64,000 bases of DNA from Candidatus Eiseniibacteriota bacterium (GTDB lineage: Bacteria; Eisenbacteria; RBG-16-71-46). The notes under the pieces were generated by a model. It searched no databases and had not been told where the DNA came from. It saw only the letters and a program-made list of their open reading frames with translations. Numbering within the stretch: position 1 is the stretch's first letter; each line of letters begins with the position of its first letter. Below, one piece after another: positions 51,888 to 61,561 of this stretch. The position numbers were made by a program, and so were the translations under genes. The stretch lies in contig OY970178.1 in the NCBI GenBank assembly GCA_963707915.1, positions 1,248,001 to 1,312,000 of the forward strand, in the 5' to 3' direction.

Positions 51888-52565
51888 ATGAACGAGCCCG
51901 AAGTGCGTCTGCCCCTCATCGGCGACCGCGCTCCGTCTTTCAAGGCGGAGACCACCCAGGGTCCCATCAGCTTCCCCGACGACTACAAGGGCCGGTGGGT
52001 GGTCCTCTTCTCCCACCCCGCCGACTTCACGCCCGTCTGCACCACGGAGTTCATGACCTTCGCGGCCATGGAGCCGGCGTTCAAGGCCCTGAACTGCGAT
52101 CTGGTGGGACTCTCCATCGACAGCATCTTCGCCCACATCGCCTGGCTGCGCACCATCAAGGAGAAGATCGAGTACAAGGGCATGAAGGGCGTGGAGGTGA
52201 ACTTCCCGCTCATCGCGGACATCAAGATGGAAGTGGCGAAGCTCTACGGGATGCTTCAGCCGGGGGCCAGTTCCACCCAGGCGGTGCGCGCCGTCTTCAT
52301 CGTGGACCCCAACGGCGTCATCCGCGCGCTGCTCTACTACCCGCTCACCAACGGGCGGAATATGGAGGAGATCAAGCGGCTCCTGGTTGCTCTGCAGACC
52401 AGCGACAAGCACGCGGTCGCCACCCCCGCCAACTGGCAACCCGGCGAGGACGTCATCATCCCGACCCCTGGTTCGTGCGGAGCGGCCCGGGAGCGCGTGG
52501 AGAAGTCGGGCCCGGACGTGAAGATCCACGACTGGTTCCTCAGCACGAAGCCCTGCCCGAAGTGA
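51888..52565 (+). CDS. Peroxiredoxin (Prx6 type)
   Basis: FSHPADFTPVCTTE, VRAVF, GRN, TPANW. Confidence 0.93.
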   Translation: MNEPEVRLPLIGDRAPSFKAETTQGPISFPDDYKGRWVVLFSHPADFTPVCTTEFMTFAAMEPAFKALNCDLVGLSIDSIFAHIAWLRTIKEKIEYKGMKGVEVNFPLIADIKMEVAKLYGMLQPGASSTQAVRAVFIVDPNGVIRALLYYPLTNGRNMEEIKRLLVALQTSDKHAVATPANWQPGEDVIIPTPGSCGAARERVEKSGPDVKIHDWFLSTKPCPK

Positions 52566-52668
52566 TCGGGAGCGGGGCCTCATGGGAAAGGGGGCGGCTG
52601 CGGCCGTCCCCCCAGGTTCAAGCCGTGTCCTCGCGAAATCGGTGGACCGCCGGCAAGGAGGGATCCGC

Positions 52669-53211
52669 ATGCATGATCGTCACTTCCATGGTGAACCGGC
52701 GCGTCTCCGCTCCCCCGAGAGGCTTCTCCTCCTTGAGATTGACCGCGTCGTTGCACTGAGTCTTGACGGGATCATCGCGAACACCGTGCTCGACGTGGGC
52801 ACCGGTAGCGGCCTGTTCGCGGAGGCCTTCGCGAACCTGGGGCTGGAGGTCACGGGGATCGACGACTCGCCGGAGATGGTGAGCGCGGCCCAGGGCCACG
52901 TGCCGCAAGGCCACTTCAGGCGGGCACGGGCCGAGGACCTTCCCTTCTCCGACAAGGCATTCGACCTGGTGTTCCTCGGCCTCCTCCTGCATGAGTCGAG
53001 CGGCCCGGTCAAGGCACTCACGGAGGCGCGACGGGTGGCCCGGCACCGGGTCGCTATCCTCGAGTGGCCCTACAAGGAGGAGGAACAGGGTCCGCCGCAG
53101 GCGGACCGGCTCGAGCCGGAGATGGTCGCCGGATTCGCCCGTGAGGCCGGTTTCCAGGCCTGCGAGACGACGCCGCTCAGCCGGATGATGTTCTACTCGC
53201 TGACGCCCTGA
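52669..53211 (+). CDS. Class I SAM-dependent methyltransferase
   Basis: VLDVGTGSG, AEDLPFSDKAFDLV. Confidence 0.85.
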   Translation: MHDRHFHGEPARLRSPERLLLLEIDRVVALSLDGIIANTVLDVGTGSGLFAEAFANLGLEVTGIDDSPEMVSAAQGHVPQGHFRRARAEDLPFSDKAFDLVFLGLLLHESSGPVKALTEARRVARHRVAILEWPYKEEEQGPPQADRLEPEMVAGFAREAGFQACETTPLSRMMFYSLTP

Positions 53212-53318
53212 CCATTCTTCGTGGCGAGGCCACGGATGGAAGGGGGTCGTGCGATCCAAGACGGGAGTGACCGGATCGCAGCGGGCGCACCCACCCCGCG
53301 GAGAGAGAGGCAAGGAAC

Positions 53319-53615
53319 ATGGTGAACGCGCTGCTTGTCCTGGCCGCCGGCGCGGCCGTCCTGCTCGTGCTCAGGGTCGCGGCGGGCCGCAGGGCCGACG
53401 TGCGGGGCGAGGAGGCACAGAAGCTGGTCGCTGAAGGCGCCCGGCTGCTCGACGTCCGCACCGGCAGGGAATTCGCAGCCGGGCATCTGCCGGGCGCGAC
53501 AAACTTCCCGCTGGGGGAGCTCGAGCGGCGCCTGCACTTGCTCGGACCGAAGGGCCGCCCGATCGTCGCCTACAGAGTGGCCAACTCGCCCATCCGGCGC
53601 CCCCAACTCCGGTAG
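53319..53615 (+). pseudogene. Rhodanese-like protein, truncated before the active site
   Basis: LLDVRTGREFAAGHLPGATNFPL; PIVAY is followed by R instead of C and homology ends. Confidence 0.7.
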
Positions 53616-53697
53616 ATAGGGGGGTGGCCCCCTCCCCGGTGCTGCCTGACCATCGTGGGGCCCCGTCCCGAAAGGCGAAATTGCCCCCTCATGGCGG

Positions 53698-53725
53698 GGC
53701 GACTCCACCCAAGCGTGGAGTCGCC
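53698..53725. terminator. Perfect 11-bp hairpin between convergent genes
   Basis: GGCGACTCCAC-CCAAGC-GTGGAGTCGCC. Confidence 0.55.
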
Positions 53726-53839
53726 GGTCAAGGGGCTCGCTGTCCACTGTGGTCAGCATGGGCAGCACGGGCACGCGTGGACACTGGTCCGCTTCCCGGA
53801 TCTCGGTCCAGCAGGAGCCCCAGGCCGCGTTCCGACGGC

Positions 53840-54361
53840 CTACTTCCTGCCGCGGTCGCCGTGCTTGTCACTGCCCTTGTCACCCTCTCTCGTCTGCCTC
53901 GGAGGGCCGCCGTCGCCCTTCTTCATCTGCCCCGGAGGGCCGCCGCCGCTCCTCTTCATGAGTCCCGGAGGACCGTTCGGGTGATGCTTCCAGTGCTTGG
54001 GCGGCACTTGGTAGAACACCGTCGGCACGTAGCGCGGGTGGACCACCACGAACCCACGGCGCCAGCTCGGCGACCGATACCAGTAGCCGTCGCGGAACAC
54101 CCAGTAGAAGCCGCCGTAGCGGAAGCAGTCGTAGTCCCCGACGCCGGGATCATCCACCACGTAGACGCGCCGGTCGGGGATGAACTGCTCGTGTGGCCGC
54201 GCGCGAAGCACGAAGTGCGGCGCGGGGGGGGCGTTGCTGATGTCGATGCGCACGTCGATATCCGCGCGCGCGGGGACGCCGGTGAACAGAACACCGGCAA
54301 GGATCGCCGCGAACGCGCATCCGATGGCGGTCGCGAACGGCACGAAGCAACTGCGTTTCAT
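53840..54361 (-). CDS. Secreted aromatic/Pro-rich protein with PPG repeats
   Basis: Signal peptide, APPAP, YWVFRDGYWY, PPGLMK/PPGQMKK. Confidence 0.7.
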   Translation of the reverse strand: MKRSCFVPFATAIGCAFAAILAGVLFTGVPARADIDVRIDISNAPPAPHFVLRARPHEQFIPDRRVYVVDDPGVGDYDCFRYGGFYWVFRDGYWYRSPSWRRGFVVVHPRYVPTVFYQVPPKHWKHHPNGPPGLMKRSGGGPPGQMKKGDGGPPRQTREGDKGSDKHGDRGRK

Positions 54362-54553
54362 TGCGATCTCCTTTCGTGAACCCGTCGCCCCGGAGCGGGG
54401 AGCGGGCGGAACCACTCGGACCTATCGCCCGAGTCGTGACTGCGGCCATTCATCGGCCGGGCGCTCCGACTCCTTTCATGCGGCGGACCGGGCCTTTCGG
54501 AGCCGACACTGCATGTCTCGCACGGCGGCCGTTGCTCCTCCCCGGGCGCTCCC

Positions 54554-55984
54554 TCATCTCGGCGGTGCCACCGAACCCGAATAGAAGGCTTCGCACGGCC
54601 TGGCAGGGAAGAGGCCTCTCGTCTGGCTGTACAACTTGAGCACTGGCCCGGCGAGGGACGTGAGGACACGCGGCTTCTCCACCGTCGGCTTCCCGAAGGA
54701 GCCGCGAATCGCCTGTCGCACCACGGCGCACCCCTTCGCATCGACCACCGCCACGGTCACGTCCGCGAACCGCCCGTTGACGAAGTCGAGCTCGCCTTGA
54801 AGCGCGATGCGGTTCCTGGCCGTCGCCAGGGCCACGTCCTTCGCCCGCGCCACGCCACGCTCGAACCGCCATTCGGAGACGAGCGTTCGGATCCGGCTGC
54901 TGTCTCCCGCGCCCCGGAAGAGGCTGGCGAAGTTGTAGCCCTTCGTGACGGCCAGGCCCAGGGGCCCCGCGAAGAAGACCGCGCCCACGTCCACGAGGTT
55001 GAAGTGCTGGCTGGACTCGAACCGAGAGAGCACGCGGTCCAGGTCGTTGCCCACGAGCGTGAGGTTCTCGCCCCGCAGGGACACCTCTCCCGCCGTGGTC
55101 CTCACCCACTGGCCCAGGGTGCTTCCCTGCATCGACAGGTTCGCAGAGAAGTCCATCGCCCCTTCGGCGGCCCGGTTCGGGGACAGGGTCTTGAGGAACT
55201 CCTCGATGCGGAATCGAGGCAGGGAGCAGTGGAGCTCACCGAGCAGAACGGGTCGTGAGAGATCCGCGTGGATGTCCCCCACCATCTGCCCGCCGAAGAT
55301 GCTCATCGTGACCGGCTGGAGCTCGAAGACCCCGTTCTTCCCGTGGACCGCGACCTTCAGAGCGGACACCGAGAGATCCCTTGCCTGGATCCTCGCGCAG
55401 CCGAGTTCCGCCTCGAGGGACAGGCCCCTCCAGGGCTGCGGGCTCCCCCTGCCCGCGAGCCGCAAGCGGCGCACCTTCAGATCGAGCCCCGTGACCTCGA
55501 TCGCCTCCCCGGATCTCCTGTCCGCAAAGCGGAGCGTCCCCCCCGAGAGCGACACGCTCCCGCCGTCCAGGGCGCCCAACAGCGCTGCCGCCTTCTTCAA
55601 TCTCTCGACATTGAGCCGGCCTCCGGGGTCCCGCTCGAGGGAGAGCCTGGGCTGCGTCAGTTCGACCCTGCTCAGCCGGAGTTCCCTGCGGATCAGGGGA
55701 AGCAGCGCGATCCCGAGGCTGATCTTCCTCGCGGAGGCGACCGCCACTGCATGCTCGTCGAGGATGCGGCCATCCTCCACCGTGAGATGGAAGCCGGGGA
55801 AGAAGCCCATTCCCAGCCGGCCGCCGATGCGGACGTCCATCCCCAGGGCGTCCGAGGCCACCGCCTCCAACCGCGGCTTGTAGCGATTGGGGTCCACCAC
55901 CAGGCGCGCGACCAGTGCGACGAGCAGCAGGAGCGCGACCGCCCCACCCATGACGAAGAGGATGCGCTTGAGCAAGCGTGACAT
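54554..55984 (-). CDS. AsmA family protein
   Basis: N-terminal TM, DPNRYKPRL, LLPLIR, beta-taco-like pattern. Confidence 0.8.
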   Translation of the reverse strand: MSRLLKRILFVMGGAVALLLLVALVARLVVDPNRYKPRLEAVASDALGMDVRIGGRLGMGFFPGFHLTVEDGRILDEHAVAVASARKISLGIALLPLIRRELRLSRVELTQPRLSLERDPGGRLNVERLKKAAALLGALDGGSVSLSGGTLRFADRRSGEAIEVTGLDLKVRRLRLAGRGSPQPWRGLSLEAELGCARIQARDLSVSALKVAVHGKNGVFELQPVTMSIFGGQMVGDIHADLSRPVLLGELHCSLPRFRIEEFLKTLSPNRAAEGAMDFSANLSMQGSTLGQWVRTTAGEVSLRGENLTLVGNDLDRVLSRFESSQHFNLVDVGAVFFAGPLGLAVTKGYNFASLFRGAGDSSRIRTLVSEWRFERGVARAKDVALATARNRIALQGELDFVNGRFADVTVAVVDAKGCAVVRQAIRGSFGKPTVEKPRVLTSLAGPVLKLYSQTRGLFPARPCEAFYSGSVAPPR

Positions 55985-56046
55985 TGGCTTGGCCCTGTCT
56001 TCCGGCCCCCGCTTCACGCGGAGCACGCTCCCATGTCTCGCACGGC

Positions 56047-56736
56047 CTACGGCAACGCCCTACGGAACGCCTCGGCGTCCTCCGGCACCCTGGGCGCCTT
56101 CTGCTCGAACAGCAGTTGCTGCACGGACACCGGCTGTCCGTAGTACTGGGCGTTCGACTTCTTGTCCGCCGAGAGACGCGCCCCCGCGAGGGACAGGCCG
56201 GCGAACAGCCCCTTCGATTTCGCGTAGGTGTAGATCTCGGCGTTGAGCTTGAGGTCGGTGCTCGCCTCCCCGCTACGACCGAACGGCCCCGCCGCCACGC
56301 TGGCCAGTCCCCCGAGCGTGATCCGGCTGCCGGTCATCAGCGAACGCGCCCCGCGCTCGCTGGTGAAGAACAGCACCAGGTCGCTCGACTCGCCACCGAT
56401 CTGCAGCCCCCAACTCCCGCCGTAGAGGCGCACGAAGCTCGGGGGGCTCCACGTGCCATGCTCGTTGCGGCAGGTCATCACGCCGGTTCCGAACCGGGCG
56501 CCGTACACGATCGCGCCCTTGAGCACGTGCGGGATCACGGCGATGCACCGGCAGTTCTCGAGGAGCGCCTTGGGCACGCCGCGATCGGGGGTCGAAAGCA
56601 GTTCGTTGTAGACGGCCGTGGCGTCCGTGAGCTTCTGGTCGAGCTGGGTGTCCGTGTCCGCTGCAGACACCGGGGACGTCGCGCCGAGGGCGCCGATCAC
56701 CGCCACGACCATGATCGTGATGCTGAGTCTGTTCAT
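56047..56736 (-). CDS. Lipid-binding SYLF (Ysc84) domain protein
   Basis: WSPPSF, GGSWGLQIGG, AAGPFGR, SKGLFAGLSL. Confidence 0.9.
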   Translation of the reverse strand: MNRLSITIMVVAVIGALGATSPVSAADTDTQLDQKLTDATAVYNELLSTPDRGVPKALLENCRCIAVIPHVLKGAIVYGARFGTGVMTCRNEHGTWSPPSFVRLYGGSWGLQIGGESSDLVLFFTSERGARSLMTGSRITLGGLASVAAGPFGRSGEASTDLKLNAEIYTYAKSKGLFAGLSLAGARLSADKKSNAQYYGQPVSVQQLLFEQKAPRVPEDAEAFRRALP

Positions 56737-57173
56737 TCTCGAACCTCCGCCACGTTGCCGCTCCCGCGGCCTTCGTACAGCCAACGCTGCGCCATCTCCA
56801 TGTCCCGGAACGGTTGGATCACGCAGAACTGCTCGACCAGGATGTCCAGCATCCGCAACATCCCGTACGCGAGGTCGGTCGAAACGACCACGGCGGTGGG
56901 ACCGAGCTGGTAGAGCTCCGACCACTTCCGCAGCAGCGCCACCAGGGTGCGCACGTCCGCCGCCGAAACGGCCGATGAGGCGGAACGCGCGTCGATGAGC
57001 TCCGCACACCCGAGACCGTTCTGGACCCGTTCCTCCTCGATGTGGGCGGAGATGTCCTTCAGCGTGATCGAGCCCTCCGCGGTCGTGAACATCGCGTTAC
57101 GATCGCGCTCGAATCGATGGACGAAGCCCATGCGGAACTCCACTCTGCCGACCTGCTCCAGTCTCCGACTCAT
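56733..57173 (-). CDS. Hypothetical, SpoIIAA/STAS-SEC14-like protein
   Basis: ELIDAR, TAVVV, YGMLRM, FRDMEMAQRWL. Confidence 0.6.
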   Translation of the reverse strand: MSRRLEQVGRVEFRMGFVHRFERDRNAMFTTAEGSITLKDISAHIEEERVQNGLGCAELIDARSASSAVSAADVRTLVALLRKWSELYQLGPTAVVVSTDLAYGMLRMLDILVEQFCVIQPFRDMEMAQRWLYEGRGSGNVAEVRE

Positions 57174-57224
57174 CCCTGACCCGGGCCGCCGGACGGGCGC
57201 CCGGGCCAGGCGAGCCACCGAGCG

Positions 57225-57716
57225 TCACTTCGACGTCGTTCCGTTCCCAGGTGCGCCCGCCGTCACTTCCGCGAGCGTCGCCCGGTAGATCGAATCTCGT
57301 TCGCCACCCATGGCCACGGCGTGCTCGGCGAGCGCACGGGCCTCATCGAGCCGCCGGCCCTGCCTCAGCAATGCGACTGCGAGGTTGTTCATGGCGTCAG
57401 CGTCGGTCGAGGAATCCCTGAGCGCCCGGCGGTAGCCCTTCTCCGCGCGGCCCCAGCGCCCGTTGGCGGCCTCGATGTTGCCGAGGTTGACGCGCGCACG
57501 GGCCTGGTGGGAGTCGTGCGTCAGCGCCTTGCGATACTCCTTCGCTGCCAGTTCGCGCTGGCCGCTCGATTCGTACGCCACGCCGAGGTCGTTGTGCTCG
57601 CTCGCCGTCAGCGGGTCGTGGAGCAGGACCAGATGGGCGCATCCTGCTGCAAGTACCGTGATCCCGGCCAAGGCGAGGGTGGCGACGACAGAGCGTATGA
57701 GCCGCGGCCCGTTCAT
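57225..57716 (-). CDS. TPR lipoprotein
   Basis: Lipobox AAGC; NDLGVAY, NLGN, NNLA TPR motifs. Confidence 0.8.
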   Translation of the reverse strand: MNGPRLIRSVVATLALAGITVLAAGCAHLVLLHDPLTASEHNDLGVAYESSGQRELAAKEYRKALTHDSHQARARVNLGNIEAANGRWGRAEKGYRRALRDSSTDADAMNNLAVALLRQGRRLDEARALAEHAVAMGGERDSIYRATLAEVTAGAPGNGTTSK

Positions 57717-58243
57717 GGCACCCTCCGCCGGATGATCAGCGCCTGCGAGCCCGCCGTCCGCCACCGGTTCGCCAGGTCGTCGCGGCCCACGACGCGCGGC
57801 CGGGCCCCACCATCGTTCAGAGTGATGACCTCGCGTGCGGGATCCCAGCCGGTCACCACCGCGAAATGCGCGACGGTGAGCGGGGCCCGGCCCTTCTGGT
57901 ACAGCACGATGGGCGGCACGCCGGCCGCGAGCAGGGCGATCAGCGAATCGGGGACCAGGGTCGCGATGGTCGCTTCGTACCCGGCACGGCGCGCGGCGGC
58001 CGCGAGGTCGGTGATGAGCGAGCCGCGCAGGGCGGGATCGTACGCCCGTTCGGCCTCGCGACGGACCAGGGAATCGGCCCCGTAGTAGCGCAGCACCATC
58101 TCGAGCGTGGCCTGGCCGCAGCGCCGGGGCGCCTGCGCCACGATCGGCACGTCGAGCGCCGTCCGGGCCGGCGGCTCCGGCCCGGACCGTGCGACGGACG
58201 GCGACGCCAGCAAGAGCACCACCGCCAGCATCCGCAGCGTCAT
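57713..58243 (-). CDS. C39-like cysteine peptidase (PA2778-like)
   Basis: VPIVAQ...CG...LEMVLRYYG, HFAVVTG, LND. Confidence 0.8.
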   Translation of the reverse strand: MTLRMLAVVLLLASPSVARSGPEPPARTALDVPIVAQAPRRCGQATLEMVLRYYGADSLVRREAERAYDPALRGSLITDLAAAARRAGYEATIATLVPDSLIALLAAGVPPIVLYQKGRAPLTVAHFAVVTGWDPAREVITLNDGGARPRVVGRDDLANRWRTAGSQALIIRRRVP

Positions 58244-58644
58244 CTCACGATCACCCTGTGGTCCGTGAGCTTGAGGATGACGATCACCAGGATGACGATC
58301 ACCAGGACACCGATGACGGCCCCGGTCGCCCCATCCCCACCGCTCGGCAACCCGTTGGACGCACTGGCCAGGGTGTGCAGATCCCGGTCCGACATGCTTG
58401 CCAGCCGGAGTTGGGCGTCTCCGGCGGTCACGCCGTAGTCGCGCAACTTCTGCGCCACGATCTTGTTCTCGAGCGCCCGCTGCGCGACGAGCATGTCGGC
58501 GTCGCGCGCCGAGGCGATGGTGGTCGCCCCCGAGGTTCGTGACGGCGCGATGCCGGCCAGGGCCGGGCTGAAGTTGAGCGCGCCCATGCACAGGACGACG
58601 ATCAGCGCCGTAGGGAGGCGGAGCTTGCCAGGGAAGGTCTTCAT
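58240..58644 (-). CDS. PA2779-like protein
   Basis: Signal peptide, KLRDYGV, RLASMSDRDL, GG + C-terminal TM + basic tail. Confidence 0.75.
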   Translation of the reverse strand: MKTFPGKLRLPTALIVVLCMGALNFSPALAGIAPSRTSGATTIASARDADMLVAQRALENKIVAQKLRDYGVTAGDAQLRLASMSDRDLHTLASASNGLPSGGDGATGAVIGVLVIVILVIVILKLTDHRVIVR

Positions 58645-58726
58645 GTCGTGGCCTCTGGAGTTCGAGGAACGTGCGGCGCCGGCACGGAGTGCCGGCATGG
58701 TGAACGTGGATCGCGTGCTGGACACG

Positions 58727-58942
58727 TCAGCTACGGTGCAATCGTGGAACCACGAGAAGCGCGATGCCGCCGACCAGCGCGATCACCCCGACGATCGGCG
58801 CGATCGGAATCACCTTGTGCTCCGTGGCCGTGGCCTTGATCCCGCCCACCTCCAGGATCGTCGTCTGGCGGTTGTAGCCGATCCCGCCGTAGATCAGGGC
58901 GACGACCCCGAGGATCACGAGTGCAACACCGATGATCTTCAT
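58727..58942 (-). CDS. Small 2-TM membrane protein (DUF3185-like)
   Basis: IIGVALVILGVVALIYGG...IPIAPIVG. Confidence 0.7.
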   Translation of the reverse strand: MKIIGVALVILGVVALIYGGIGYNRQTTILEVGGIKATATEHKVIPIAPIVGVIALVGGIALLVVPRLHRS

Positions 58943-58972
58943 CTCCAGTCTCCCCTGCGGACGAGGAACCGA

Positions 58973-59122
58973 CTACAGCACCCTCCGACCTTGAATCACC
59001 CGAAGCAGCACGACGATGACGGCGACGACGAGCAGAACGTGGATGAAGCCCCCCATCGTGTAGGACGTCAACAGGCCGAGCAGCCAGAGGATGATGAGCA
59101 CCACTGCGATCGTCCAAAGCAT
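58973..59122 (-). CDS. lmo0937-family small membrane protein
   Basis: MLWTIAVVLIILWLLG...GGFIHVLLV. Confidence 0.85.
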   Translation of the reverse strand: MLWTIAVVLIILWLLGLLTSYTMGGFIHVLLVVAVIVVLLRVIQGRRVL

Positions 59123-59211
59123 GTCTTGCCTCCCATCTTGGTCGGCCGGCCCTCGGCGGCAGCCAACAGCGAGGAGCGAAGTCGGCCGCCGCCGCGCGCC
59201 CGGCGAGCGCG

Positions 59212-60354
59212 TCACCTGCCTTGCTTGTCCTGCCCCCTGCCCCTGCCGCCCGACTTGCCGGCGTTCTTGACCTTGCCCGGGTTCACGATCTGCTTCTGAA
59301 TCCGCTGCGTCAGCACCTGCCGCTGCTGCGCCGCGTGCGCTTCAAACGCCTGCTGCTCGGCCGCGTGCTGCTTGCGGATCTCGTCGGCGCCGGGCCCCGC
59401 CGCGTGCGCGCGCAGCTCGTTCTGCTGGTCGCGCGCAAGGCGAGCCTCTTCGTCCTTGAGATTGTTCTCGAGTTGGCGCTGCTGCTGGTCGCGCAAGCGT
59501 TGAAGTTCCACGTCGGGGATGGCGTTCCGGCGCGTTGCCACCTCGGGGGGAGGCGCCTGCTCGGCAGGCATGGGTCGCACCGCGGGCCGGAAGAAGCCGA
59601 CGGCGCCGCTGCCGGCCGGCTGGCCGCCCCCGCGCGCCGGCCTGTCCACGTCGACGATCTTCACGCGCGGCACGCGCCGTCCGATAGAGCCCTCGACCTG
59701 GGCGACGTCGAGACCGATATTGGCTGGGCGGCCGTCGCGGACCTCGAACCGGGTTGCATCATGCGATCGCCCAAACAGCGTGACGTTGCGGGCGACGACG
59801 GTCACCTGCACGCGCAGATTCACGTCGAGCACGTTCCGCCGCGGCACGAAGCACCACTCGTGGGACGGGATCGCGTTCGCATTTGCGAAGGAGAGGCCGC
59901 CCGAAGCGTCCCAGCCGGCGGCCGGTGGCAGCGGCGCCCAGCCCACGAAGTCATCGCCGGTGCGCCACGCGACCCAGGCCGGCGCCCACTCGGTGCCGGG
60001 GACCCAGACCCAGCCGTACGAGTCGTCGAAGAACCAGCGTCCATAGTGGTAGGGCGCCCAGCCCCACGACTCATTCCCAGCCCAGCTCCACCCGTAGTCG
60101 GTGTACTCCCAGTGGCCGTCGCTGTAGGGCCGCCAGTCTGCGGACACGTCATAGGGCGTCCAGCACCAGCCGTACGACGGTTCCTGGAACCACTGGCCGT
60201 AGGGCGAGAGGCTCTCGTAGAAGTACGAGACGTCCACCTGGCTTCCGGGCGAGCGCACCGGGGCGCGCATCTCCGTCTGCCCGTAGTTGGCCGCGCAACC
60301 CGCCACGGCCACGAACAGCGCGAGACAGATCAACGGCGCGAGTACTCGCTTCAT
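59212..60354 (-). CDS. DUF6600-like lipoprotein
   Basis: Lipobox VAGC; LSPYGQW, WRPY, WGWAPYHYGRW, WAPAWV, GWAPLPP. Confidence 0.8.
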   Translation of the reverse strand: MKRVLAPLICLALFVAVAGCAANYGQTEMRAPVRSPGSQVDVSYFYESLSPYGQWFQEPSYGWCWTPYDVSADWRPYSDGHWEYTDYGWSWAGNESWGWAPYHYGRWFFDDSYGWVWVPGTEWAPAWVAWRTGDDFVGWAPLPPAAGWDASGGLSFANANAIPSHEWCFVPRRNVLDVNLRVQVTVVARNVTLFGRSHDATRFEVRDGRPANIGLDVAQVEGSIGRRVPRVKIVDVDRPARGGGQPAGSGAVGFFRPAVRPMPAEQAPPPEVATRRNAIPDVELQRLRDQQQRQLENNLKDEEARLARDQQNELRAHAAGPGADEIRKQHAAEQQAFEAHAAQQRQVLTQRIQKQIVNPGKVKNAGKSGGRGRGQDKQGR

Positions 60355-60577
60355 GGTCGTTCTCCTCCCCTTCTTGCCGCTACCGCAACGTGAGCTTCAT
60401 CCGATGGACGGAGTCGGCGAGCGCTCCGGCAGCCCGAGCCCGGGGCCGTCGCTTGCCGGATCGCCCACACGATGTTCCGCGAGACCGTCCACCAATCCTC
60501 GTCAAGCACCCCGCTTCCGCGGGACCGCCAGAAGAAGGCCGATGCCGGGCACCCGGCGGATCGTCGCCACCGACGGG

Positions 60578-60931
60578 TCACTGCCCGGCCGCCCTCTTCG
60601 TACTCAGCCCGCGTCTTGCCACGCCCAGGGCCGTGCGCAAGCCGGCCAACTCCAGCGCCTGCCTGCCCACCAGGCGCTCCAGTTCACGAATGTGCGCTTG
60701 CGCCGCCTGCAACTCCGTCGCCGGCAGCACGACGGTGCGGGCCGCCGTCGCCCCGGCCCCCTGAGTCACGAGCCGCTTCCAGCGCTGCAACAGCCCTCTC
60801 GCGATCCCCAGCTTCCGGCTCAACTGCGCGAGCGTCAGTTCGCCGCGCAGCACGCGGCCGACCTGCTCATGCTTGAATTCGGCGGTGAAGATCCGCCGCC
60901 CATCCGACTTCCTCGCAAAGCGAGCCATCAC
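60578..60931 (-). CDS. IS3-family OrfA-like HTH protein (no intact OrfB)
   Basis: RRIFTAEFK, LSRKLGI, LLQRWK, IRELERLVGR leucine zipper. Confidence 0.75.
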   Translation of the reverse strand: MMARFARKSDGRRIFTAEFKHEQVGRVLRGELTLAQLSRKLGIARGLLQRWKRLVTQGAGATAARTVVLPATELQAAQAHIRELERLVGRQALELAGLRTALGVARRGLSTKRAAGQ

Positions 60932-60943
60932 GACTCCCGTGGC

Positions 60944-61561
60944 CTATGACCGGACCGCGACGGCCCCGCTGGTCGTGAAGGTGAGCGGGGTCCCGCTCTT
61001 GAGCACGACCTGCCAGCCCTTGGTCTGGGACACGACTCCGGTCGCCGCACCGCCACCCACGACGGCCCCGACGAGCGTCCCCTTGTCCGAGCCGCCGATC
61101 GCGTGACCGACGATCGCACCCGCCGCCGTCGCGGCTCCGATGGCACCCAGGTTCCGCGCCCGCGGCGAGCCGGCCGTGATCGCTCTCATGGTTCCGTGTA
61201 CCGGGTAGTGGTGCCCCCCGATGGTGATGGAGTCGAGCGCGAGGTCGAGCATGGCGCGGTTGCCCTTCTCGGCCGCCGTGACCGCCCTGACCGTGCCGCT
61301 GACCACGCTGCCGGCGGGGATCCCGTCCCGGCCATTCAGGATCGATCCGGTCCACGCATCGCCGACGCTGGCGCTCTCCGAAGAGAGACTGCTGCCGAGC
61401 GTCACTTCGAGTGACGTGCCCGAAGGGACCGTGGTGTGGGCCACGCTGGAGGTGACCGCGTCATCCCCGTTGCCGCCGGCGGTCTGCTGATCGTTCCGAC
61501 ATCCCGATAGGACGGTCGGTGCTGCGAGTGCGAAGACGAGGACCCAAGGTAGGTAGCGCAT
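60944..61561 (-). CDS. Glycine-zipper lipoprotein
   Basis: Lipobox LSGC, VPSGT, IPAGS, GAIVGHAIGG...GAVVGGG. Confidence 0.8.
   Translation of the reverse strand: MRYLPWVLVFALAAPTVLSGCRNDQQTAGGNGDDAVTSSVAHTTVPSGTSLEVTLGSSLSSESASVGDAWTGSILNGRDGIPAGSVVSGTVRAVTAAEKGNRAMLDLALDSITIGGHHYPVHGTMRAITAGSPRARNLGAIGAATAAGAIVGHAIGGSDKGTLVGAVVGGGAATGVVSQTKGWQVVLKSGTPLTFTTSGAVAVRS

Noticed and set aside
53655..53700. Possible c-di-GMP riboswitch around GTCCCGAAAGG
   Set aside because: Conserved elements are not in the right order on either strand
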